From the NCBI RefSeq assembly GCF_963506605.1, contig NC_083283.1, positions 39,680,001 to 39,744,000 of the forward strand: 64,000 nucleotides of DNA, read 5' to 3'. Each line of letters starts with the position of its first letter. The stretch's first letter is position 1. Below are positions 49,756 through 61,878 of this stretch, one piece after another. This stretch comes from Zootoca vivipara. Taxonomy: Eukaryota. The notes under the pieces were generated by a model. The model saw nothing but the letters and a program-made list of their open reading frames with translations, did not search any database and was not told where the DNA came from. The translations under genes and the position numbers were made by a program.

Positions 49756-52018
49756 TCCTATTTTTTACATTTCTATGTATTTTGTCATATTGAATCTCTT
49801 TGAGAGGTGACCCCCCCCCCCACTGATGAAGCTCAATGGATAGATGGATGGATACATTTTATACAGCTTTATACATTTTATATCCCTTGAACAGGTAGCC
49901 ACATACATGATTTTGTTATACTGTAATGGATTCCTCTTTTTTAAATCAGTCCATGCAATTCTGTCAAGTCACACAACACTTTTCCTAGCGGAATTTAACT
50001 TCCAGGGAGTCGCCATCAGCATCACCTGGTGGCAGATGTAGAGATGGCATCTGTTCTTAATTAGTTTACAACATGTTGTAATGCCCACCATCTCCTGGGC
50101 AGATGCATATGCAAAGGCATCTCAATATTTGCCATGCTTAAAATCTTTAATGAAATTTGTTTTTTTAATTAAAAAAAATTGCCATGCTTTCATCCTAACA
50201 CAATCTTCACTAAAGAAGGCAAGGGGTTGTCATATTAATTTCTATCTCATTCTAATTCTGCTGATCTTCTTCCCTATCATTAAGCAGCATAAAGGAAGGG
50301 CCTATAAGAGTTTCCTAGTTTCTCACAAGTCTGAGCATGTGTGCAACATTTCTAGCTTCTTGGTCAACATTTACCCAGTTAAATATATTGCATATAAGGG
50401 TCACCAAGCATATAATTCACTGGACATGCAATTCTATAGTGAAATCCTAAAATTGTAGGAAGTCCGGGAGCTTGGATGAAATAATGATTTTAGTGTTATA
50501 AATACTGATGAGTGTTCTTTTTTATTTTTAAAAAAATGTTCAGTGACCTCATTCACACTATTTTTCAAAGAGCTGTTTTAGCAATAATGATGAATGTTTC
50601 TGGACACACTTGTGCAAGTTAAAGACTTCATTATCATAAATGGCTATGTGTATTAATGCTAACCCCTCTCAATTTTTCTTTTTTCTTTTTTTAAAAAACA
50701 TGGTTTTATCAGCATTGAATCAACTTCATGAGAGACTTGTGGATTTGCTGTCCACTTTCTTTAGATTGCTAATGCCCTCTTGTGGGCAGAAGCTACCGTA
50801 CCAGAAAGCCTGCTCTCCAAACAAAAACAAACAAAAACAAAAAAACCTACATCTGATTTTTCATTTGAAGCATGAAGCACTTTCCATTCCCCTAGTAGTA
50901 CACAAATTAGATTGCAGTTTGGCAACTGAGCTCTTCTCCTGGCAACTGAAAGCTTCTCTATAGATTTGAAAGTGGCTATGAGTATGAAAAGTTTATTCGC
51001 AATCCTAGGTTCTTGGCAAACATTTCAGGAATATTTATTCTACTTATCCTATCCCCAGAGTTGTTATTTTGTCCTCAGAGCACCACTCTCTGTGGGATTG
51101 TTTCAAGAGATGGTGACTTGGAACACTTTCAGTCAAGCAGAAATCAAAACCAAGAGGTGATAAGGCATTACTCAGGGTAGTCCCAATGATCTGAATATGT
51201 CTTTGGATACCAACCATAGTTTTTGAAATAAAAACACCCATACAATTCTAATAATCCATTTTATGAAATCTCTATATATACTTAAAGAGTTTTTATAATG
51301 TTAGCTATATATGCAGCTTTGGGTATATACTGTATTCTAAACTTTGGCAGTATGGGGAGTGATTTCATTCTTCATTGCAAAGGTCTTCCTATACCACCAC
51401 CTGCTCCAGCCCTTCTCCCACATGCATTGAGCCGACATAAAGAGATCATCACCCAAGTGTGGCGTGGATTTTTGTCCAAAGAAATGATAACGAGGGTATG
51501 CAGAGCTTGGTAGTGAATCATTAATATCAAGATTGTAGTTTATGTTGATAATTGATTCCACCTCAAATGGGATCTTGCATGTATGGCAATTGCTGTGCAT
51601 TCAGCAACTGCAAACTACAGATGCCATGATGCAGAGTGACCATGAGCAATCTGCAGGTGTGTTCAAGGGCTGCTTAATGTTCTAAAGAGCGACTAAAAAA
51701 CAAAACCAAACCCTGGGGGAGAATGATTGAGGGTCCTGATGGTGCTCCTGTCATACTACCCTCATGGATGGTTAATTCTAGTTTTCACTGAGGTGTCAAA
51801 CCTCTGACTAGATTAGATCACTAGACTTCAAGTAGCATCTCAGCTACTGTATTTATTATTTATTTATTTATTTGTTTGTTTGTTTCCAGCACAAAGAAAG
51901 TCAGCATATCAAGAAGAGGCCAACTAACACGCACACCCCAACCCGGACAGGCTAGTCTTCAGTTTTGTAAGCCTTCCCCTGCAGTCTGAGAGTTGGTGCA
52001 GCCCTGGATGCAACACTT

Positions 52019-52175
52019 CCCGGATAGCTCAGCTGGTTAGAGCGTAGTGCTGAGAACTTGTACCAAGGTTGCAGGTTCAATCCCCATGCAGGACAGCTGC
52101 ATAATCCTGCATCGCAGGGGGTTGGACTAGATGATCCTCAGGGTCCCTTCCATCTCTACAATTCTGTGATTCTGT
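52019..52175 (+). mobile_element. tRNA-Ile-derived SINE with CR1 tail
   Basis: tagctcagctggttagagcgtagtgctga...ggttcaatcccc followed by gttggactagatgatcctcagggtcccttcc...attctgtgattct. Confidence 0.85.
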
Positions 52176-52929
52176 ACTGTGTTAATTAGCACCACATTCT
52201 ATGGACACAAGCTTCTGGTCTTAAACAAACCCTCTCCATCAACCAAAACGTCATATATGTCAGACTTCTTGCAAGCATGTTAAATTGTAATGTGTAGAAT
52301 GTGACATAAAATTCTACATAAAATTCCAGGCTGGTGAATGCTTGCAATTGCCGGTTATAGATGAGAGTGAAGTCTTCCCAGAATTGCTTTAGAAGATAAA
52401 GGCTGTACTAACTTAGTACCGGTAGCTCTTCTTCACAAATCTAATGGTAATGACTTTGGAGACATCAGACTGTCTTTGGATGTAAGTTCTCCTGCGGCCT
52501 TCATTTAAATCCTGTAAGACACACACCATACACCATGAAATACTTTTGTAATGACAGCAAAGCAGCCTCGGGTTCCTGTGCTCCATCAGTTCCACTTCTT
52601 AAAAGCGAGTACTGAGGACAAGGATCTTTGCTGTGTATCACGATTGCTAAGTTGCAGAGTGAAAATGCTCAAAGTGTATAAGCCTGGTTTCATCTCTAGA
52701 TAAAAGTGCAATCATTTATTTTCAACGAGCTCTTCATATTCATCACAGAAGCCATCTTTTGTCTGCTGTTTAAAATAAATCTTAAAAGTGATCTCCAGCC
52801 TCTTGAGATTTATTTGGGACAAATGTTGCCATTGGAACGCTGTTCCTTTGGGCAATTACTTTGGAATGATTTCACCTCTAGCAGTCACCTTGGTATAAAA
52901 AATAGATTCCCCCCGCAACATACACATGT

Positions 52930-52932
<3 letters not shown>

Positions 52933-53017
<85 letters not shown>
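52933..53017. repeat. (CT)n(CA)n compound microsatellite
   Basis: Direct reading. Confidence 0.95.
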
Positions 53018-53018
<1 letters not shown>

Positions 53019-54565
53019 AGGGGCAGATTTAGGGGAGCAAAAACCAATTCAGTCACATGGGGTGTGGAGCCTTGGAGTTACTGCAAGGGACGCTTGCAAC
53101 TATTAATTAGAATGGAATGTGAGAGGTGGGGGTGCCGAATTTTGGCATTGCACAGGGTGTTGCTGAAATTTGCGACCCAACACTGCACACATATTTGCTG
53201 TTCTGTCAGCAGTGGGAAGGGTAGGAATGCATAATCTTTGGGAGCTTTACAATATCCAAATGCAAATAACTATATACAAATTCAAAAGGAGCACTGAATG
53301 TTATGGTTACAAAAAGCAAGATCTTCTGTTCACATAAAAACTGATGTAGGGGTCTCTCATCTCTTACTCTTCAACTGGAAAAAAAGCTTTCTCAAAAGCA
53401 AAAGAAGGGCAAGAGGGTCAATTGAAAAACATATGTTGTTGCCTCCTTGACTCCAAAAGACTGACTTGAATTTCGTTACTTGACATTCATGTATTTCCCC
53501 AGGGAACCATTTTCCCCAGGTTGAAGCACATTGAGGATTCTGAACTGTGCTTTGTTTCTTCTGACTGCACTGCCCTTTGTGCAAGGGGAGTATATTTATG
53601 ACAAAAAAGAGAGGACACGCTGTCTTTCTCTCAAAATAGTACAGGCATGTTGAGAACAGCAGTTGTGGAGAAGTGAGCATTCTAAGCCAAGACCACCAAC
53701 ATTTGGGGCTTACGAATCACTCCCCTCTTCATCTTTTGTGGGGTGGGAAAACTACGAGGCTATCTCACAGGGCCAGCCCTACCATTAGGTAAAATGAAGT
53801 GACTATCGTAAACCACAGATGTGGGGTGGGGTGGGCAGGACAGTGCTGGCAACCCCCGGCTGTTAGAAGGAACAGCTATTTGCATCTGTTAGACAGAGAA
53901 CTTTGTGCAACACAGCCTGCAATGCACCTCCGAAGCTAGCTTGCTGCCCTCAGTGGTAAATCCTGTCTTGTCACCAGGGCTGAAGAAAGATTCAGCTGCC
54001 GGTCTGTACATGGATAGAAAAAAGGAGGAAACATCTTGTCCTTTTCTCCAGGCAGCAAAATGTCTTAGGCTAGCTGTTCTATTTCATCTCCTGGAAGAAG
54101 GAGAAAATCCTAAATCTGATTAGGATTTATCAGTGTTCCTGTCTTGGCATTCCCAGTTGCATAGGGAATGAAAGAAAGGCTTAGAGTAATCAAATGAAAC
54201 TTTAACACATAGCATGATAAAAGTCTGTAATTCCATCAGGACAAGTTTACTGTTTACTGTTGTAATAATTGTTTTCTCAAAATTTATCTTCTGCACCATG
54301 AAAAATAAATAAAAACATTATTTTTTAAAAAAGAAGAAGGTTAGAAATATATGGGAGCTATACTCTTCTCTAGTGACTGGCATTCATAGGTATGTTACCT
54401 CTGATCCTGTAGCTATAAATCCCCAGAATCTCCAGTTAAAACATCTCAGACTGTGGGCCTCAGAGGATCCCTGCCTGAGAACTTGGAGATCCTGTTTTCA
54501 ATGTAAACAGTACTGGGTACAATGGAGCAATGATCTGGTCCATTGTAATGCAGCTTCCTATGGTC

Positions 54566-54707
54566 ATCTCAGTCAGTGGCACATGAGACTCTTAGTCTCA
54601 GGGTTGTGGGCTTGAGCCCCATATTGGAAACAAGGATTCCTGCATTTCAGGGGGTTGGACTAGATGGCCCTTGTGATCCCTCCCAACTGTACTATGATTC
54701 AATGATC
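54566..54707 (+). mobile_element. tRNA-Lys(CTT)-derived SINE with CR1 tail
   Basis: ctcagtcagtggcacatgagactcttagtctcagggttgtgggcttgagcccc followed by the same CR1 tail. Confidence 0.8.
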
Positions 54708-55298
54708 TCTTTGTCCTATGATAAAAAATAGTGGGCTGGTGATCCATCCATTCTTTTACAAAGATGTTATAGTATCTGTCTCTCCCTCCTCAATGTATGG
54801 CATAATGAAATAATCAGAGTGCTGTAACTAGTTCAATAATACTGAAGTTAATTCATACATTCATTTCAAACACTTTTATTTAATCCCAGGATTTGTGTGT
54901 TGTTGGAGCATATCAGCTACTGTACAGCTCTAGGCAACTCCACTAGGAATCCTAAACACTAGTTTTGTACTCGCTTGGGTTATGCACAACCCTAAGCCAA
55001 ACCAAAGAGGAGAGAATTTTATAATGCTGATATTTTTTTAAATGATACTAGAAAGGATACAGGATAATTTTGTACCTATAATTTCACCTCCATCCCTAAA
55101 TTCCACCCTTGCCAGAACCCTCAGTACTTGTACAAAGCATTGAAAGGGTTGAACTATCTTTCAGAGATCTATCCCATAGCATAATAGCAGTGCAAAAAGA
55201 CTGCCATGCTAGCTTACATACTTAGGTCTGCCATGAACTAAGGGCGGGAAAGAACAGCAAAGCTAGCAGCAATTATCCTGCCTCCAACCAATCTGGGA

Positions 55299-55611
55299 TA
55301 AAGGTAAAGGGACCCCTGACCATTAGGTCCAGTCGTGACTGACTCTGGGATTGCACGCTCATCTCGCGTTATTGGCCGAGGGAGCCATCGTACAGCTTCC
55401 AGGTCATGTGGCCAGCATGACAAAGCCGCTTCTGGCGAACCAGAGCAGCACACAGAAATGCCGTTTACCTTCCCGCTGTAGCAGTACCTATTTATCTACT
55501 TGCACTTTGACGTGCTTTCGAACTGCTAGGTTGTCAGGAGCTGGGACCGAACAACAGGAGCTCACCTTGTCGCGGGGATTCGAACTGCTGACCTTCTGAT
55601 CGGCAAGCCCT
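55299..55611 (-). mobile_element. Sauria SINE (slightly 5'-truncated)
   Basis: (ACCTTT)n tail, body ggtcatgtggccagcatgac...gtacctatttatctact, B-box gttcgaatccc on the minus strand. Confidence 0.92.
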
Positions 55612-57014
55612 GGCATTATGGGACTCAGAAGCATTACCTAGTCACTTTGAACCTGAACTTTTCAAGCTTACAAATCAGGGATATAGAAACCTATGGCCTT
55701 CCATATGTCGTTGGTCTCCAGCTCTCATCATACCTGACCATTTGTGGTCATGCTGGTATTTTGATATTCTCGTGCTTCCTCCTGAGTGTTTTGTGTCACT
55801 TTGATGAATTGAAAGTTGGCTGACAGTCTACTCCTTCACACATTTTGTAGTTTCCGTACATTTTGATACTTTGATTTAAACATTTGAGCCACCACTTGCA
55901 ACCTTCAGGGTTATTTTAGACCATTTTGGTCTGAAGTTGCTTTGTGATCAAATATGTATAGGATGAAGTAGGCAATATATTGCAAATATTGTATACAAAT
56001 GCAAGATTACGGACAATTTAGTCTTCAAGGATAGGCTCTCCACATAAATTTCAGCTGTCAAATCTATAAAACAGATATTTAGTGGTACGATTAAGGTGGC
56101 AGTGTGTACTTCCTAAAAGTTATGAAGAAATCCTGGTTTGTTTGTGTGACTGCAAATAAATATGCCTGTAAAAGTAAAACACACTATAAACAAATGCCTC
56201 TGAATTGCTCAGAGCTGTAGAGACAGCTAAGCACTATCAAGAAAAGTATATACACTCATTTAAAATAATTTATAGCTGAGGTACCTTGTGAAATGTATGC
56301 TCCTCACATGATTTCAAACCCTGTATGGTCAGGATTCTAAATCACGTAGGGAGCTGAAGAAGAAGAAAAGTTTTCCTGATGCAGACATTCACCCTCAGCA
56401 CATGGAGGGATATGGGAGCAGCATCGGTGATGGGAGGGAGGGAACAGGGAGCTTCCCCCACTGCCTGCCCCTAATTGCAGTGTTCTCTCTCTGAGATTAA
56501 CTTTCCTCACTTTTTTGCAATTTCCCATATTTGAAGGCACATTGTTCAGCTTGTTCCTCCTGTGACATCAAAGTTCTTGTGCATTTTCAAGAAGCTTTGA
56601 ATCACAAAAGTGTAAGAGAAAGCTAGCTTTATAGCATTTAGATAATGATCAAGAGCTAGCAATTTCACCAGATACTCCTATACATGAAAGAGTAATCTCA
56701 TCCATTTGTGAAATTCAAATAGAGCCTACTTATTTTAATTGGGGGAAAATATTGTACCCAAGGCAGCAGACTGTTGGCTTTGGATAAGGGTTGCTATACT
56801 CATAAATACTCCATTAGGGTGGCATGCACCCTTTATATTTAATAGCAGTAGTAGTAGTAGTAACATCATCACCATCATCATCATCAACAACAACAACAAC
56901 AACAATCAACAACTTATTAGTAGGTTTCTACTATCGCTGTTCCTGCCCCTTTCATTGCAGTCTGATACCAATGAACAAATGATTTATATGCTGAAGGGCC
57001 AAGGAGAGAGAAAT

Positions 57015-58700
57015 TGTTGTAGTTTCCGGGTCACCTTCAAAGGTAGCCCCATGTAGAGCGCATTGCAGTAGTCCAAGCGAGAGATAACTAGAGCATGCAC
57101 CACTCTGGTGAGACAGTCTGCGGGCAGGTAGAGTCTCAGCCTGCGTACCAGATGGAGCTGATAGACACAGAATTGACCTGCACCTCCATGGACAGCTGTG
57201 AGTCCAAAATGACTCCCAGGCTGTGCACCTGGTCCTTCAGGGGCACAATTACCCCATTCAGGACCAGGGAGTCCTCCACCCCTGCCCGGCTCCTGTCCCC
57301 CAAAAACAGTACTACTGTCTTGTCAGGGTTCAACCTCCATCTGTTAGCTGCCATCCATCCTCCAACCACCTCCAGACACTCACACAGGGCCTTCACCGCC
57401 TGCACTGGTTCTGATTTGAAAGAGAGGTAGATCTGGGTATCAACCGCATACTGATGAACACCCAGCCCAAACCCCCTAATGATCTCTCCCAGCAGCTGCA
57501 TGGGGGAGAGGACAGAACCCTGAGGCACCCCACAAGTGAGATCCCAGGGGTCTGAACACTCATTCCCCACCATCACTTTCTGAACACAGCCCAGGAGGTC
57601 GTGGAGCAGAACCACTGTATAACAGTGCCCCCAGCTCCCAATCCCTCTAGGCGGTCCAGAAGGATGTTATGGTCGATGGTGTCAAAAGCTGCTGAGAGAT
57701 CCAGCAGAACTAGGAAACAGCTCTCACCTTTGTCCCTAGCCCGCCGGAGATCATCGACCAGTGCGACCAAGGCAGTTTCAGTCCCATGATGTGGCCTGAA
57801 ATCTGACTGGAAGGATCCAAATAGTCCGCTTCTTCCAGCCATGCCTGGAGTTGTTCAGCAACCACTTGGTCAATCACCTTGCCCAAGAATGGAATATTTT
57901 AGACTGGGCAATAGTTGGTCATATTGGCTGCATCTAAAGATGGTTTTTTAAGAAGCGGTTTAATAGCCGCCTCTTTCAGTGGGTCTGGGAAGGCTCCCTC
58001 ACAGAGAGAAGCATTTACCACCCTGTGAAGCCCATCGCCCAGCCCTTCCCGGCTAGCTTTTATAAGCCAGGATGGGCAAGGATCAAGGAGACAGGTGGTT
58101 GGTTTCACTCATCCAAGCAGCCTGTCCACATCCTCGGAGGTAACAGATTGGAATTGATCCCACGCAACTTGACTAGACTGGACTCTAGCACTCTCCCGCC
58201 CCGGCCCTGCTCCCATGGTGGAGTCTACCTCTTTCTGAATCTGAGCAACTTTATCTGCAAAAAAACTTTGCAAAATCATTGCAGGAGATCATGTGGCCCG
58301 TACTGGGCCCCGATGGAGCAGGTGGTTCTGCTAAATTGCAAACCACCTGAAAGAGTCTCCTGCTGCTGTTTTCTGCAGCTGTAATAGAGGCGGTGAAGCA
58401 AGTCTTCTTCACTGTTGCTACCGCCACTTGGTAGGCTTGACATTGAGCTCTAAACCATGTCCGGTCATCTTCAGAATGAGTTATCTGCCACCGGCGCTCT
58501 AGCTGTCTCAGTGATTGTTTCATTGCCCTCAGATCCGTGGAAAACCATGGAGCTATCTGGGCTCCATGCAATTGCAGAGGGCGCTTCGGAGCCAAACAGT
58601 CAATAGTCCTGGTTAACTCCACATTCCAGCGGGCCACCAGGGAATCAGCTGAAAGGCCATCAACATAGGATAAAGCATCCCCTACCACTCTCAAAACCAT
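57015..58700 (-). mobile_element. L2 LINE internal ORF2 fragment (RT), frameshifted and truncated at both ends
   Basis: [58 protein letters not shown] across ORFs 58251-58700, 57899-58108, 57573-57842 and 57136-57615. Confidence 0.95.
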
Positions 58701-61700
58701 CTCAATTCCTTCTCAATTCCTTAAATTTATCAGAAGGACTAGAGGCAAGCAGTTCTAGGAATCTTGAAGTTTGAAATTCTACCACCACCACCCCACCCCC
58801 AAATTAGCCTTTAAAACATTCAACATGTTCATTAATCTTTTAATAAAGCTCTGATTTCATTTTAGAACTAGCATTTTTACAACTGATTGGCTGTAATGCA
58901 CTAGCAGAGACTTAATTCCTGTTCAATCTAAAAATTAATGTAATCAGTGCATATTCACTCCTTTGCTCAGGTTCCATTGCTTATACATTACATGAATTAT
59001 ATGCATATTACATAATCCAAACACAGCATGGAGTGAATATACACTGATTACATCCACTCGGGGAATTAATATGAATTGAGGCTAAAACTGACTCATAATT
59101 TCATGTTATTTATTATCGCAGATTTACTGGTCCATCTACACTGGTAATTTTGTTAGACCTATTCAAATAATTTACCTTTCAGCACTACTGTGCCCTCATA
59201 CCGGTAGATATATTGCTCACATGCTTCGGCCAGAGTATGCTCCTGAACTATTGTCATCAGATACGCTATTCAAAAACTCCCATGATACAAAATGTGAAAA
59301 GGGACACAGTTCTCAAAGTCTGGCATCCTTACTTCCTAAAAGAGCAACTGATTACCCAAAATGTTTACTGTCATATATCCTTGGCTTGCTCTGAGTCCCT
59401 TCAATAGATCCCATGATGTATGAATCACATCAAAAGGTAGTCATGCATAAAAGAGGGCTGTGGACCACCCTGGGCCCCCTCCATGAGGTCACCTGCGTCC
59501 ACAATCCACAAGTCATGGCTGTCTGCAGGGGAAAGCCGATGATGCTAGCCTAATCTAAGCAGGCCTGATCCATGCTGAGCTGTTACCCAGCTTCATTCAC
59601 TTAAAGTGGAGAATGCACAAGATAACATCATCACAGATTGTGCCTAATAGATGCATATGCTTAAAATCTCACCCTGTGTTTGTTTGTTTGGGCTTTATTT
59701 TGATATCATTGGAAATTCAAGATAGGAGTTTAATGCCACAATCCTAAATAGGCTTATAAAGCATCAGTAAGAGAATGCTCAGAATTATAATAATAATAAT
59801 AAAAATGAATGAATGGAGGCAGGTTGTGCAATATATAACAAAGGAACTTGGAATAGCTATGAGTACAGCAGATTATTTGTTAATGTTATAATGCAATATA
59901 ATGTGAGAAAAAATATTTTTAGAATACTATATTTTTAGAAGACTATAAAATGCAAAGTATTTCATATTTGTTGTTTGCTATTTAAATGTATCCTGTTCGC
60001 GATATTTGTACTGTGCATGAACTATTTTAAATTCCTAGACTGTATAAGGAATGCATTGATTGCATGAAATCATATGATGCTGCATATAAAGAAACTATTT
60101 ATTGCTTAACAAAACTAACAGATAATATTTTCTTCCTTTATTAAGCTAGGAGTATTCTGAGGTGCTTTTTACAGGTTTCCAGTCGTTCTCAAAACAGCAT
60201 AGTGTCTCCATTATTCCAGAGGCTGACAAAAATCTTAAGCTTCCTTCTAAGTGAAATTCATTTACTGGCCACTTGGTGACATAACTTGATCTCTTTTTCT
60301 CCAGACAAACATTTTTTTAAAGAACAACAAAGGTGGTGGTTGCAGAGTATGGATATGTCCAGCAGGTGTCTCTTCCTAACCATATAATAATCCCTGAAAT
60401 GCCTATTTCACTCAGTTGGACAGAAAAATAGCCTTTTCAACATTTTTGCTGTCTTCCTGGACAACTTCTTACATAAGAAGCTTAGGGAAAGACAATATGA
60501 TGCTTAGAATACAATCTAACCAACTCATTGCTCCACAGTACATTTTCTTGTCATTTCTTAAGCCCAGATGTATGCCAACATGGAAGAGCCTAGCAGAATT
60601 TAACTGCATTGTTTTATAATTCTCTAGTTCTGGTATTGAGTAAAGATGTTGCTGGACTACAACACCCCACCACCCCTGACCATTGACCAAAGGTTCCGAC
60701 TTTGAGCCTGGGCAGTTCCTAACATCATAGTATAACTTGCATTTGTCTCTCAAGGGATGCTCAGGGTGGTTCATAAAGGGCAATGCTGATGAAAAAATAA
60801 CAATATCCAATAAAAGTGCACAAAAGGATCAGCATCCAATTGCCTGATGGCTCCACAGAGCAATGGGCTGCCTTGGGGAAACCACAGTGGACTCATGGTA
60901 AAGGCTGGACTTCTAGAGCAGCTTCAAATATCATAGGACAGGAGGATGCATAGCTGGTGCACACATTCACTGAGAACACATATATGGTGACACCTTAAGC
61001 ATCTGTGAAGTAAAGGGGGAAACCTGCACCCGTAATGTTGAGCTTGCATACCCATGATGCAAATTACTTTGCTCCAGCCTCACTGGTTGGTGAATGTGCT
61101 GGAAATATTTCTGCAAATGACTTTCTCGGACAGTTTCATTTTTAGAGGCAGGTCTATTCCTATAGTCACACAAAGGTGGGGTAGTCCTCCCATCCCAGGG
61201 CTCTTGTTCATTTCTAGCACTTGCTGCTTCCACAGAGCTGCTTCCACACACATAGCATGTGTAAATAATGATGTTCTAATGGAACTTGATTATCTATTAT
61301 AGAACTGGATAGATACTTTAAAGCTTATTTAGCTCTCAATTAGCAAGCTAGAGTTGCTGTGTTTTTCAGATTAAATTTCAAGAACGTTTAGATTTGGAAG
61401 GAACAATTAAAATATCTGAGTTCAAACAGGTAGGAGGAAATTTATCAGTGTGTTATAATTATTTCTACACACTGCTGGAATCATGACCTAGTCCTTTTTA
61501 TTGCTTTCTTTGTCTATGGTACTGAATTTCTTGCTTTAACCATTGGCCACGTAATCCTGTCTTAGACACAGGATCCTATCTACTGAGTGCTGACACAACA
61601 AAAAAAAACGGTTTCTCCCTCCAGAAACATTTGTGCTTAAGTTGCATTGAAATCAATAGGACAAACTAGTTGTAACCATGTTAAGTCCCATCATTTCACT

Positions 61701-61788
61701 TTCCCCTGGACTAGGGTAAACAGATGAATACAAAGCACCAATTAGTAGTATGTAGTGGCCAGTTAATACCGTAGTTTCATGTTATTGT

Positions 61789-61878
61789 CATAGCTGCCAA
61801 GTTATCCCTTTTTTTAAGGGATTTTCCCTTATGCTGAATAGGCTTCCTCGTGAGAAAAGGGAAAACTTGGCAGCTATG
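61789..61878. mobile_element. 90-bp hAT MITE
   Basis: Perfect 15-bp TIR catagctgccaagtt and perfect 8-bp TSD gttattgt. Confidence 0.92.

Noticed and set aside
52019-52090. Apparent tRNA genes (also 54566-54625 and 17050-17113)
   Set aside because: Broken stems or anticodon arms, and fused to a CR1 tail, so these are SINE heads.
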